This document shows, piece after piece, positions 9,397 to 18,584 of a stretch of 37,404 bases of DNA. Positions within the stretch are counted from its first letter, which is position 1. Every line of letters starts with the position of its first letter. The notes below the pieces were generated by a model that had not been told where the DNA came from, did no database searches, and worked only from the letters and a program-made list of their open reading frames with translations. The translations under genes and the position numbers were made by a program. The stretch comes from Rhodobacterales bacterium (GTDB taxonomy: Bacteria; Pseudomonadota; Alphaproteobacteria; Rhodobacterales; Rhodobacteraceae): positions 1-37,404 of the forward strand of contig JBBQGU010000001.1 of the NCBI GenBank assembly GCA_038323315.1. The letters are read 5' to 3'.

Positions 9397-11538
9397 ATGA
9401 CCGAGTCACGGCCAAGCGATATTTTTCAACCTGGCGTTCTGCTGAACAACACCTACCGGATTGAAAATATCCTTGGTCGCGGCGGCACCTCCGAAGTCTA
9501 CAAGGCGCGCAACGACATATCGGGCCGCTTCGTCGCCATCAAGGCGCTGAAATCCGAGTTTTCCGGCGATGAGGGCTATCTGACCCTGATGCGCCGTGAG
9601 GAGGAGATTCGCGAAATCCGGCATGATGCGGTCGTGCGATACTCTGAAAACCATCGCACGCCGTCGGGCATGATCTATCTGGTGATGGATTATGTCGAAG
9701 GTCCGGGTCTGGATGCCAAGATGAAGCAGGGCGGCATGTCGGCCCCTGATCTGGTCGCCGTCTGCCGCCGCGTGGCCGGTGGCTTGAAAGTCGCCCATGA
9801 CCGCCGGATCATCCACCGTGATCTGTCGCCCGACAACATCATCCTGCGCGGCGATATCCCGTCCGAAGCGGTGATCATCGACTTTGGTATCGCCAAAGAC
9901 GCCAATCCCGGCGCGCAAACCATCGTCGGCAACGAGTTTGCCGGCAAATACGCCTATGCCGCCCCCGAACAGTTGAGCGGACAAACCGATGCACGGTCGG
10001 ACCTCTATGCCTTGGGTGCCCTGCTGTTGGCGACATTCCGGGGGGCGCGCCCCGATATCGGTGCAAATCCGATGGAAGTGTTAAAGAAAAAAGCACTGGC
10101 GCTGGACACATCCGGCGTGCCGGAGCCGCTGAAATCGCTGATCGACAAGTTGACGCAACCCGATCCGGCCAATCGTTTTCAATCGGCGGATGACCTTTTG
10201 TCGGCCATCGATCATGGCATGGACGAACGTACCGTCGTTGTCCCGCGCCCCAAAACCGTCGTTCCACCGCCGCCCCAGCCTGCGCGCCCCACGCCCACAC
10301 CCAAACCTGTTCCCAAGCCAGCCCCCACAAAACGCGGCTCGGGCGGGTTGATCGCGGTGGCCGCGGTCGTGGTGCTGGGTTTGGGGACTGCCGGCGCCTA
10401 TTTCGGGGGCCTGTTCAACACCGGCCCGACACTGCCGGTGGCAGACCCCTATCTGCTGACCGTGGAAAAGCCGGAAACCGGCCCGGTCCGCGCCTCGGGC
10501 GATGTGCCGTCAGAAGCGATTGCCACTGCCCTGACCAAAGCCGTCACCGATCTGGGCGGCACGGCCGACCTGACCCTGGCAACAGGGAATATCAACGAAA
10601 GTTGGGGGGCCGACCTGCTGTCGGTCGTGGCCTCTGTGGCGCCGCTGGAAAGTTGGAAGGTCGACATGACCGGCAACGACGGGGTGGTCACAGGCATCAC
10701 CACCGATCCGGCAGCGCATGATACGGTGATGGCCGCGCTGGGCACCGCATTGCCCGGCAGCCTGAAAGGCAAGGCCGACATCACTTTGAAACCGCAATTT
10801 CTGACCGCCGAGGCGGTCGACAAGGTACTGGCCGAGCAGGCCGATTGCGGGCCGTTGGAGCAGCAGGACCCGCCTGCACTGGGCTATGGCAAGGATGATG
10901 CGATCACCGTGTCGGGCCATCTGTCCAGCTCGCCCAAGCAGGTGCAACTGTTCGACGCCATGAGCGCCGTCGCGGGCAATCGCAAGGTCAGCCTTGGCAT
11001 CACCCTGCTGAACGACCCGCTTTGCGAGATCGAGGGCACCTTGCCCGAGGTTCGATCCGGCAATTTCCGCTTTGATTTCGGCTTTGGCGACCGCACGGAG
11101 GATAACCCGTCAGGCCGGTATTTTGTCGGCGAAAACCCGACCATCGATCTGATGATCCCTGCCGATGTGACCGACGGTTTCGTCTCGGTGTCGATCATCG
11201 ACGTGTCTGGGAATGTGTACCACGTCTTGCCCAACATGAACCGCCCCGAGGATAATGTGGCCACCTTGCGGAATGGTGCGACGGGGGCATTTTTGCTGCG
11301 GGTGGCTTATCCGCTGGCCGAAAATTCGGCCAAAACGATCGCCTTTACCGTCGATCCGGCAACTTTGGGCAAAAGCAAGGTCATTGTCGTCGCCTCGGAC
11401 AAACCCTTGTTCGCGGAATTGCGGCCCACAACGGAATCGGTGGGTGGCTATGCGGCGGCGCTTAAAAACGCAGCCGAAACGGGGGATTTGCAAATCCGCG
11501 CCATTGACAGCCGTATCCTGACCAGCGTCGATAAATAA
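9397..11538 (+). CDS. Hanks-type Ser/Thr protein kinase with Pro-rich linker, TM helix and large periplasmic domain
   Basis: LGRGGTSEVY, VAIK, HRDLSPDN, DFG, APEQ, SDLYALG; PPPPQPARPTPTPKP linker; GLIAVAAVVVLGLG TM. Confidence 0.92.
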   Translation: MTESRPSDIFQPGVLLNNTYRIENILGRGGTSEVYKARNDISGRFVAIKALKSEFSGDEGYLTLMRREEEIREIRHDAVVRYSENHRTPSGMIYLVMDYVEGPGLDAKMKQGGMSAPDLVAVCRRVAGGLKVAHDRRIIHRDLSPDNIILRGDIPSEAVIIDFGIAKDANPGAQTIVGNEFAGKYAYAAPEQLSGQTDARSDLYALGALLLATFRGARPDIGANPMEVLKKKALALDTSGVPEPLKSLIDKLTQPDPANRFQSADDLLSAIDHGMDERTVVVPRPKTVVPPPPQPARPTPTPKPVPKPAPTKRGSGGLIAVAAVVVLGLGTAGAYFGGLFNTGPTLPVADPYLLTVEKPETGPVRASGDVPSEAIATALTKAVTDLGGTADLTLATGNINESWGADLLSVVASVAPLESWKVDMTGNDGVVTGITTDPAAHDTVMAALGTALPGSLKGKADITLKPQFLTAEAVDKVLAEQADCGPLEQQDPPALGYGKDDAITVSGHLSSSPKQVQLFDAMSAVAGNRKVSLGITLLNDPLCEIEGTLPEVRSGNFRFDFGFGDRTEDNPSGRYFVGENPTIDLMIPADVTDGFVSVSIIDVSGNVYHVLPNMNRPEDNVATLRNGATGAFLLRVAYPLAENSAKTIAFTVDPATLGKSKVIVVASDKPLFAELRPTTESVGGYAAALKNAAETGDLQIRAIDSRILTSVDK

Positions 11539-11615
11539 CGCAGACCATCCCAAAGCTTTGCCGCGTCGCGCGACCCCCCGGAATATTCCCGCCAATTTTT
11601 GGCGGATTCGGGGGA

Positions 11616-11861
11616 TCACCCTCCCTGCATATACGGCAGCAAGACCACTTCGCTGTCGGGCTTGATCGGCGCGAACCATGCCTCTTTGTAGACCAGACCG
11701 TCAATCGCCACGGAAACCCCCCGGTCGATCTGAGGTTTCATGCCAGGATACTGCTCGACCAGACGGTCGAGCAATTCCTTGAAGGTCGTGGCTTCGACCT
11801 GCACCTGCGCCAGACCGTCGGCATGAGCGCGGATCGAGCCGAAGAGGGTAACGGTAACCAT
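11616..11861 (-). CDS. MoaD/ThiS family sulfur-carrier protein
   Basis: 81 aa, ubiquitin-like pattern, C-terminal GG; 1 bp from the Mo-subunit stop. Confidence 0.85.
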   Translation of the reverse strand: MVTVTLFGSIRAHADGLAQVQVEATTFKELLDRLVEQYPGMKPQIDRGVSVAIDGLVYKEAWFAPIKPDSEVVLLPYMQGG

Positions 11862-11862
11862 G

Positions 11863-14094
11863 TCAGCCCCCGCTAAGGGCTTTCAGGATGCGGGGCGGCG
11901 ACATGGGCAGGCTGCACATCCGCAAGCCGATGGCGCGGGCTATGGCGTTGGAGACGGCGGCCAAGGGCGGGACAATCGGGGTCTCGCCCACGCCGCGCAC
12001 GCCGTAGGGGTGGCCGGGATTGGGGATTTCCAGAATGACCGTGTCGATCTTGGGCAGGTCCGAGGCGACCGGAATGCGGTAATCGAGGAAACCGGCGTTT
12101 TGCAGGCGGCCGTCGGCGCCGTAGATGTATTCCTCGTTCAACGCCCAGCCGATGCCCTGGACAGCGCCGCCTTGCATCTGGCCCTCGACATAGTCGGGGT
12201 GAACGGCTTTGCCGGCGTCCTGAAAGACGGTGTAGCGCAGGACCTTGGTATGGCCGGTTTCGGGGTCAACCTCGATATCACACAGGTGGACGCCAAAGCT
12301 GACGCCCGCACCATCGGCCGTGAACTCGTAATGGCCCGCGAGCGGCCCGCCGGTCTGGTGGCTGGAGGCGGCGATTTCGGCGAGGGTCATCGGTGGGAAC
12401 TTGCCCGCGTTGTCGCCAGCGGGCACGGCGGCACCGTCAACCCATTGCACGGCATCCTCGTCGATGCCCCACATACGGGCGGCGCGCTTGCACATCTTTT
12501 GAATGGCGTCGCGCGCGGCGTGGATCGTTGCCAGACCGACGGCAAAGGTCACGCGACTGCCGTCGGTGGTATCGTTGTGGCCGAGCGAGGCCGTGTCGGC
12601 GACGATGGTGCGGATCTTGTCGTAGCCGATGCCCAACTCCTCAGCCGCCATCAGGCTGATCGAGGCGCGGGAGCCGCCGATATCGGGGTTACCCTCTTGC
12701 AAGGAAACGGTGCCATCGGTGTTGATGGTCATCGAGACCGAACAGTTGCCGCCAAAGTTGAACCAGAAGCCAGCAGCCAGGCCGCGACCCTGATTTTTGC
12801 CCAAGGGCGCGTGATAATGCGGGTGCTTTTTGGCAGCCTCCAGCGTCGCGACAAGGCCGATATCGTCGAAGGTCGGGCCGTAGGAGGACAGGGTGCCTTT
12901 GCGTGCAGCGTTCTTCAGCCGCACGTCCAGGGGGTCGAGGTTCAGTTTCTGGCACATCTCATCAATCACCGATTCGACGGCATAGATGGCTTGCGGGGCA
13001 CCGGGGGCGCGAAAGGCGGCCTCTTTGGGGCGGTTGGTCAGAACGTTCCAGCCGATGGTTTTCACGGCCTGAAGGTCATAAGCCGCAAAGGCCGAAGACG
13101 CGCCCATTTCCACGGTGCCGCAAGGAAAAGCGCCGCCAGAATAGCGTAAGGTGGAGGAGCCTGCCGTGATGCGGCCGTCTTTGGTCATGCCGATGGTGAC
13201 GTCGATCGAGGTGGCGACGGTGGGGCCGGTGGCCTTGAACACCTCCTCGCGTGTCATCACCAATTTGACCGGGCGGCCGGATTTGCGGGACAGGGCCAGT
13301 GCGACGGGTTCGATGAACACCGCCGTCTTGCCGCCAAAGCCGCCGCCGATTTCGGAGGCGGTGACGCGCAGCTGGCTCGCCTCCATCCCCACAAGTGCGG
13401 CGCAGACGGCACGGACGTTGTAATGCCCTTGGGTACAGCACCACAGGTCGGCCTTGCCGTCGGAATTCATCGAGGCGAGGCAGGCATGAGGTTCGATATA
13501 ACCTTGATGCGTGGCGGCAGTGGTGAAGCTGCGGGTGACGATCAGGTCGGCCTTGGCAAACCCGGCGTCAAGGTCGCCGTGGCCGAATTCGCATTGGTTG
13601 GTGACATTGGCGGACATGCCGGCGGGTACGGTTTCAAGGCTGCGCCCGGCTTGCACGATGGGCGCATCGGCGCGCATGGCAAGGTCCACGTCGGTGACAT
13701 GGGGCAGTTGTTTGTAGGTGACCTTGATCAGCTTCAGCGCGGCCCGTGCGGTGACCGCGTCAATGGCGGCGACGGCGTGGCCGTCATACAGCACCTTGGT
13801 GACGGCGAGGATATTCTCCTGAATGTCGCGCATGAAGGCGTTGTCTTGGGGCACAAGGTCCTTGCCGGTGACGACGGCCTTGACGCCTTGCAAGGCCTCG
13901 GCTGCCGAAGTGTCGATTGACACGATCTCGGCATGGGCATGGGGGCTGCGCAGGATACGGGCGGTCAACTGGCCGGGGGCGGACATGTCGGCACCATACA
14001 GGGCGCGGCCCTTGACCTTGTCCACGCCATCGGGGCGTGGCGGCCGTGTGCCGACCTGTTTGAAGACGCGCTTGGGGGTTCCGGTATCCATCAT
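11863..14094 (-). CDS. Xanthine dehydrogenase/CoxL-like molybdopterin-binding large subunit
   Basis: LRSPHAHA, HQGYIEPH, IGGGFGGK, AFRAPG, EGQMQGG, RGVGE. Confidence 0.93.
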   Translation of the reverse strand: MMDTGTPKRVFKQVGTRPPRPDGVDKVKGRALYGADMSAPGQLTARILRSPHAHAEIVSIDTSAAEALQGVKAVVTGKDLVPQDNAFMRDIQENILAVTKVLYDGHAVAAIDAVTARAALKLIKVTYKQLPHVTDVDLAMRADAPIVQAGRSLETVPAGMSANVTNQCEFGHGDLDAGFAKADLIVTRSFTTAATHQGYIEPHACLASMNSDGKADLWCCTQGHYNVRAVCAALVGMEASQLRVTASEIGGGFGGKTAVFIEPVALALSRKSGRPVKLVMTREEVFKATGPTVATSIDVTIGMTKDGRITAGSSTLRYSGGAFPCGTVEMGASSAFAAYDLQAVKTIGWNVLTNRPKEAAFRAPGAPQAIYAVESVIDEMCQKLNLDPLDVRLKNAARKGTLSSYGPTFDDIGLVATLEAAKKHPHYHAPLGKNQGRGLAAGFWFNFGGNCSVSMTINTDGTVSLQEGNPDIGGSRASISLMAAEELGIGYDKIRTIVADTASLGHNDTTDGSRVTFAVGLATIHAARDAIQKMCKRAARMWGIDEDAVQWVDGAAVPAGDNAGKFPPMTLAEIAASSHQTGGPLAGHYEFTADGAGVSFGVHLCDIEVDPETGHTKVLRYTVFQDAGKAVHPDYVEGQMQGGAVQGIGWALNEEYIYGADGRLQNAGFLDYRIPVASDLPKIDTVILEIPNPGHPYGVRGVGETPIVPPLAAVSNAIARAIGLRMCSLPMSPPRILKALSGG

Positions 14095-14567
14095 GCAGTC
14101 CTCATCTGTTTGGCGGCGGATTGAACGGCGCTGATGATCTTGTCATAGCCGGTGCAGCGGCACAGATTACCGGCCAGCCAATAGCGCAGTTCGGTGTCGG
14201 TCGGATCGGGGTTGCGGTCCAGCAATGCCTTGGCGGCCACCAGAATGCCGGGGGTGCAGATGCCGCATTGCAGGGCGGCGTGGTCGATGAAGGCTTGTTG
14301 CAGGGGGTGCAGCTGGTCGCCGTTGGACAGGCCTTCGATGGTGGTGATGGTCGCACCCTCGGCTTCGGCGGCAAGGACAAGGCAGGCGCAGACAATGCGG
14401 CCGTCCAGCGTGATGGTGCAGGCCCCGCAATCGCCCGAGCCGCAACCCTCCTTGGTGCCGGTCAGGCCGAGTCGGTTGCGCAAGACATCCAGCAGGGGTT
14501 CATCGGGGGTGCAGACAAATTCGACGGCATCGCCGTTCAGGGTGGTGGCGACTTGGATGGTTTTCAT
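14091..14567 (-). CDS. [2Fe-2S] small subunit (CoxS-like)
   Basis: GCGSGDCGAC, QCGICTPG, GNLCRCTGY. Confidence 0.95.
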   Translation of the reverse strand: MKTIQVATTLNGDAVEFVCTPDEPLLDVLRNRLGLTGTKEGCGSGDCGACTITLDGRIVCACLVLAAEAEGATITTIEGLSNGDQLHPLQQAFIDHAALQCGICTPGILVAAKALLDRNPDPTDTELRYWLAGNLCRCTGYDKIISAVQSAAKQMRTA

Positions 14568-15427
14568 GTGCGGCCTCCGGCACGGGTAAAGGCAATGACG
14601 GCAGCACGGCGGGCAAGGACGCCTGCAACCTTGGTGCGGAACTCGATGGTGCCGCGTTTGTCGGTGATGGGTTTGCAGGCGGCCGAGGCGGCGGCCTCAA
14701 GGGCGGCCAGTGCAGCGTCGTCGAGTTTGGTGCCGATGATGGCCAGGGCACAGCCTTCGACCAACAGAACGGTCGGTGCGACGGCCCCGAGTGCCACGCG
14801 GGCGGCGGTGACGACACCTGTGGCGTCCAACGTCACGCTGACCGAGGCGGAGGCGACGGCGATGTCCATCTCGGTGCGCGGGATGAATCGCAGATAGGCG
14901 TCGGACGATGACGCGGTGCGGGCGGGCAGATGAAGGGAGGTGATGATCTCACCCTTGGTCAGGCTGGTGCGGCCGGGGGCCAGGGGGACCTGTTCGACAG
15001 GCACGTCGCGGCTGCCCGAGGGGCCGTCGATCCGGATGGTCGCGCCGGCGGTGAACAGGCCCGGCACGGCGTCACCGGCAGGCGAGGCGGTGCACAGGTT
15101 GCCGATCAGCGAGCAGCGGCCCTGCACCTGTTTGGACCCGATCAGCTGGGCGGCCTCGGTCACGCCGGGATACATGGCGCACAGGGCGGCATGTTCGCCG
15201 ATCTCGGCCCCGGTGACAGCGGCACCGATGCGAAAGCCGCCAGCCTCGGGCGTAATGTCGCGCAGGCCGGGGATGCCCTTTATGTCGACGATCAGGTCAG
15301 GTTCGATCATGCCGGATTTCAACTGCACCATGACATCGGTGCCACCTGCCAGCACCCGTGTGACGCCCGACGCTGCGGCCAGCAAACGTGCCGCCTCCAG
15401 TGCCGTGCTTGGTTTTGCATAGTGCAT
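14564..15427 (-). CDS. FAD-binding medium subunit (CoxM-like)
   Basis: LAGGTD, IGNLCTASPAGD, ARVALGAVAPT, PITDKRG. Confidence 0.93.
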   Translation of the reverse strand: MHYAKPSTALEAARLLAAASGVTRVLAGGTDVMVQLKSGMIEPDLIVDIKGIPGLRDITPEAGGFRIGAAVTGAEIGEHAALCAMYPGVTEAAQLIGSKQVQGRCSLIGNLCTASPAGDAVPGLFTAGATIRIDGPSGSRDVPVEQVPLAPGRTSLTKGEIITSLHLPARTASSSDAYLRFIPRTEMDIAVASASVSVTLDATGVVTAARVALGAVAPTVLLVEGCALAIIGTKLDDAALAALEAAASAACKPITDKRGTIEFRTKVAGVLARRAAVIAFTRAGGRT

Positions 15428-15651
15428 GGCGGATCCCTTCCCCTGACCTGATGGCGCGGTGGGTCTGGACCCTGCGCCGAATTCCCTGCCAAGCTATGCC
15501 AGCTTGCCGCTTGGGTCCACCCCGCACAAGCGACTTTGACGGGTCGATTGTCGGCCAGTGGGGGAATGTTGCCTTGGAGCCCGCGACAAGATCGCGCAGA
15601 TAAGGGTGCGGGCGGCGGCGGACGGGGGCGGTGTTCGCGACCTGCACCCGG

Positions 15652-17337
15652 CTAGATAGGTGCCGCGTTGGGGGTGTGCGAGACGGCGTGTTGCAGCAGG
15701 GCGCGCAAGGTGGTCAGAGGCTTGCCGTGGCTGTCGCGAAGGGGGCTTTGACTTGGGTGCCAGGGTGCGGGCCCGGTGGTCAGGACGGTGTCGGGGCGTA
15801 GGCGCAAAACGCCTGTGATGGTGTCGGCAATGATGTGGCTGGCGGTGGGGCCCAGATGGTCACCGTTGTGCAGCGCTTGCGATTCGCACAGGATGTACAG
15901 CCAGGCGGGCGTGTCGGTCAGCATGCCCAGACGGGCGGTCATCTGGCGGAGGGAAAGTGCCGGCATGTCGGCGGCGGGGCGGTCGGGGATGGCGCTTTGC
16001 ACCTGTTCGGGCGTCAGGACAGGCAGACCATAGGCGCGGGCAAGGTCCTGGCCAAAGGGCATCCGGCGGTGAAAGCCACGCAGCAGGTTGCGCAAGAAGA
16101 TCGACCGATGGGCCAGAGTCTCGTCTGCCTCTGACAGGTTGAACATGTCATTGGCAAAATTCAGGTCGACCTTTTCGGCGCGGCTGCCCTGTTCATCCCC
16201 GGCCCCGATGCGGCCCTTGATCTGGGTCAGTCGGGACCAGTCCAACACCCAGTGATCGGGCAGCGCCACCCCCTGCCCCGCCATCCGCCCATGGGAGGTA
16301 AAGCTGAACAACTGACGAAGCGACGCAGCCTCGGCGATATGGCCGCCGGTGCCGAAATTGGCGTTGAAATCGTATTCCGAGCCGACCATGGAATGGCCAA
16401 AGCGGAAGGCGACGCTGGTAAACTCCAGTGGCACCTGATTGGGCGTGGTCAGACGGGGCGGGGCTTGCAAGACCAGGTCCAGCACCCCGGGGGCCAGCAA
16501 ATTGGGCAGATAGTCGTTCAATATGCACCACTGATAGTGCATCGTCACCAGATGGCGGGCAGCGGCAAAGCAGGTGGCAGCCTCGGGGATGGTCGGGTGC
16601 AAGAGGTCGACCAGCTTGTTGTGCAACAGCATGAAGGCGAGGTGCATCTGGCCGATGATCAGGTTTTCGTCATTGCGCAGATCGGCGATCAGGGCGCTTT
16701 CGGCGCAGCGCGGCAGATCAAGGGCCCCGCTGCGGAACTCGATCCTGTCATAGGCGACCGTGGTGGTCTGGCCCATCATCTGCGGGCTGATCGTCGTGGT
16801 GGTGCCAAGGCAAAAGCGCATGCCGTCCGGTTGATACAGGGCGTTGACCTCTGGGTCGCCGCTGCCGGGGCCATAGCCGTACAGACTTGTCAGGCTGAGG
16901 GGGTAGGCGTGTTCGTTGGCCAGATGATCCAGAATCGGCGCGATGGAGGCCGCGCGACCTGTCGCGGCAAGGTCGGGCAGCAGGTCAGAGCCGATGATGC
17001 CGGCGGGGGCAAGGCCACCCAGATCAACCGCCATGCCACCCACGGGGGCCGAAATGTCGTGGTTAACGAACTGGCCGAAATAGGTATAAACGGCGGGCAG
17101 GTCCATCTTGATCTGCGGTGGGACACCTTCGGGCGGATAGTAATTGCTGACGAAATCCTGCAACACAGCAAGGGTTTCGGTCGCCGAGGTGCCAGAGAAC
17201 ATGCCTGCACCGGGGCGGTCGGCAAGGTCCGGGAACAGATAGCAATAGCGTGCACGTTCCGGCTCGACCTCAACCCCGGCCCATTGGCGGCGCAGGGGAA
17301 AGCCCAGTAATCCGTGGTCGCTTTTGACAATGCCCAT
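15652..17337 (-). CDS. Animal-type heme peroxidase (peroxidase-cyclooxygenase superfamily)
   Basis: YTYFGQFVNHD (distal His), DLRNDEN, LHN, FRFGHSMV (proximal His), NLLRG, WLYILCE; AGGA RBS before ATG 17337. Confidence 0.88.
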   Translation of the reverse strand: MGIVKSDHGLLGFPLRRQWAGVEVEPERARYCYLFPDLADRPGAGMFSGTSATETLAVLQDFVSNYYPPEGVPPQIKMDLPAVYTYFGQFVNHDISAPVGGMAVDLGGLAPAGIIGSDLLPDLAATGRAASIAPILDHLANEHAYPLSLTSLYGYGPGSGDPEVNALYQPDGMRFCLGTTTTISPQMMGQTTTVAYDRIEFRSGALDLPRCAESALIADLRNDENLIIGQMHLAFMLLHNKLVDLLHPTIPEAATCFAAARHLVTMHYQWCILNDYLPNLLAPGVLDLVLQAPPRLTTPNQVPLEFTSVAFRFGHSMVGSEYDFNANFGTGGHIAEAASLRQLFSFTSHGRMAGQGVALPDHWVLDWSRLTQIKGRIGAGDEQGSRAEKVDLNFANDMFNLSEADETLAHRSIFLRNLLRGFHRRMPFGQDLARAYGLPVLTPEQVQSAIPDRPAADMPALSLRQMTARLGMLTDTPAWLYILCESQALHNGDHLGPTASHIIADTITGVLRLRPDTVLTTGPAPWHPSQSPLRDSHGKPLTTLRALLQHAVSHTPNAAPI

Positions 17338-17374
17338 TTTGGCGTCCTGTTCTTTGGCTGTTCGGATGGTGGGT

Positions 17375-18439
17375 CTAGAAGGGTTCGATGTCGGGATGGT
17401 CGGGGATTGCAAGGCCGGTCAGGCGGGTGAAACGCGGCACCTGAATCCGGCCCTGCATGGCGCAAAGCCCCGGAACCAAGACGCGGAAGGTGGGTTGCGG
17501 GTCGTCCGGCAGGGTCAACTCGACTGCCAGAGCGCGGTGGCCCAAGGCAGCGAGCGTGGTCAGGATGCCGGGCAAGTCTGGCGCCGTGACATGCGGCTTG
17601 TGGCCCGTGGCGCGGACCTGCGCCATGGTGCGGGTGCAGGCATGGTCGCGCCATGCCAGGTAATCGGGGTCCGCGACGTTGGCGGCCTGCGCCATGGCGG
17701 CCTCGGTTTGCAACATCTCGGTCACCGCATGCAGCGCGGCGTCGGCGGCTTGCAGTCTTGCGGCGGCACCGGTTGCGACGGCAAAGCCATCCGGGTCCGC
17801 CGAAATGGCGGCCACGACGGCGACGCCGGTATCGGTGGACAGGTCCAGAAGCCGGGTCTGGCGGGCACGTTCCTGCAACCACCAGAACAGGCGCGGTTGC
17901 AGAGCGTCGATCAGATCGAGCGGCAGCGGCGCGGGCGCGATACCGCCATGCCACCACAGGGCCATGGCATCCCGCTCCAGACATTCCAGCAGCGCGGCGA
18001 GGATGGCGGCGGCTTGCGTGGCCCCGGTGGCACAGCCGGTGGAATCGGCATCGGAATAAAGCGGCTCGCCGCTGACATGGGCAAAGTCCAGATAGACCAG
18101 TTGAGCCGGCACCAGGGCGGTGTCACCGGTCAGCATATCGTGCGCGGCAACCATGGCGCGGCCGTCCTCACGCGGCAGCGCAGCGATATCCCCCCGATGG
18201 TTCTGCGCCAGACTGGCACGCAGTTCGACCGCCTCGGCCCCCGCCGACCGCATGGCCTGCGCCAGGGTCGTGCCGCGACCCGCAGGCAAGCGGGGTTTCA
18301 GCCCCGTGACGCCGTCGGCGGTCGGCCAGGCCACGGCGATGAAGATGGGCGCATCCTGGACATAAAGCGGCATGACCCGGAAATCACGGGCCAGAGACCG
18401 ATTCAGATGCGCGACAACGTCGATGATGGAGTGCTTCAT
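17375..18439 (-). CDS. YcaO family protein (ATP-dependent peptide backbone activation)
   Basis: GRG..LAQAMRSA.AEAVE, STGCATG, LECLERDA, AVTEMLQ, RVLVPGL, Pro-rich C-terminus IPDHPDIEPF. Confidence 0.9.
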   Translation of the reverse strand: MKHSIIDVVAHLNRSLARDFRVMPLYVQDAPIFIAVAWPTADGVTGLKPRLPAGRGTTLAQAMRSAGAEAVELRASLAQNHRGDIAALPREDGRAMVAAHDMLTGDTALVPAQLVYLDFAHVSGEPLYSDADSTGCATGATQAAAILAALLECLERDAMALWWHGGIAPAPLPLDLIDALQPRLFWWLQERARQTRLLDLSTDTGVAVVAAISADPDGFAVATGAAARLQAADAALHAVTEMLQTEAAMAQAANVADPDYLAWRDHACTRTMAQVRATGHKPHVTAPDLPGILTTLAALGHRALAVELTLPDDPQPTFRVLVPGLCAMQGRIQVPRFTRLTGLAIPDHPDIEPF

Positions 18440-18502
18440 GCCACTATTGGACGCGCCAAGGCTTTGACAAGCAAGCCATGTTGCAAGCTGCGATATCGGC
18501 TT

Positions 18503-18521
18503 TTCACGCTCAGTTCACGCT
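18503..18521. promoter_or_regulatory. Direct repeat TTCACGCT x2 with 11-bp period, candidate SARP/winged-helix regulator site
   Basis: TTCACGCT at 18503 and 18514 in the divergent ycaO / 118-aa gene intergenic region. Confidence 0.5.
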
Positions 18522-18584
18522 AGGTCATCAATCTGATGTCAGCCATCAAGGCGGTACGACACAAACACCACACCCGGAGGGACA

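Noticed and set aside
7765-11538. Type VI secretion system
   Set aside because: No tssB/C, hcp, vgrG, clpV or tssM in the window
11860-13149. Long opposite-strand ORFs (also 4772-5875, 16252-17310, 17324-18523, 19469-20806, 23721-24719, 32164-33048)
   Set aside because: Antisense shadows of well-supported genes, expected from high-GC codon bias; no recognisable motifs
11863-15427. Aerobic carbon monoxide dehydrogenase (coxMSL form I)
   Set aside because: Large subunit has AFRAPG instead of AYxCSFR, and no coxDEFG accessory genes
15486-15503. Sigma-54 promoter for the cox-like operon (TGGCATAGCTTGGC on minus strand)
   Set aside because: GG-to-GC spacing is 9 nt, not the required 10
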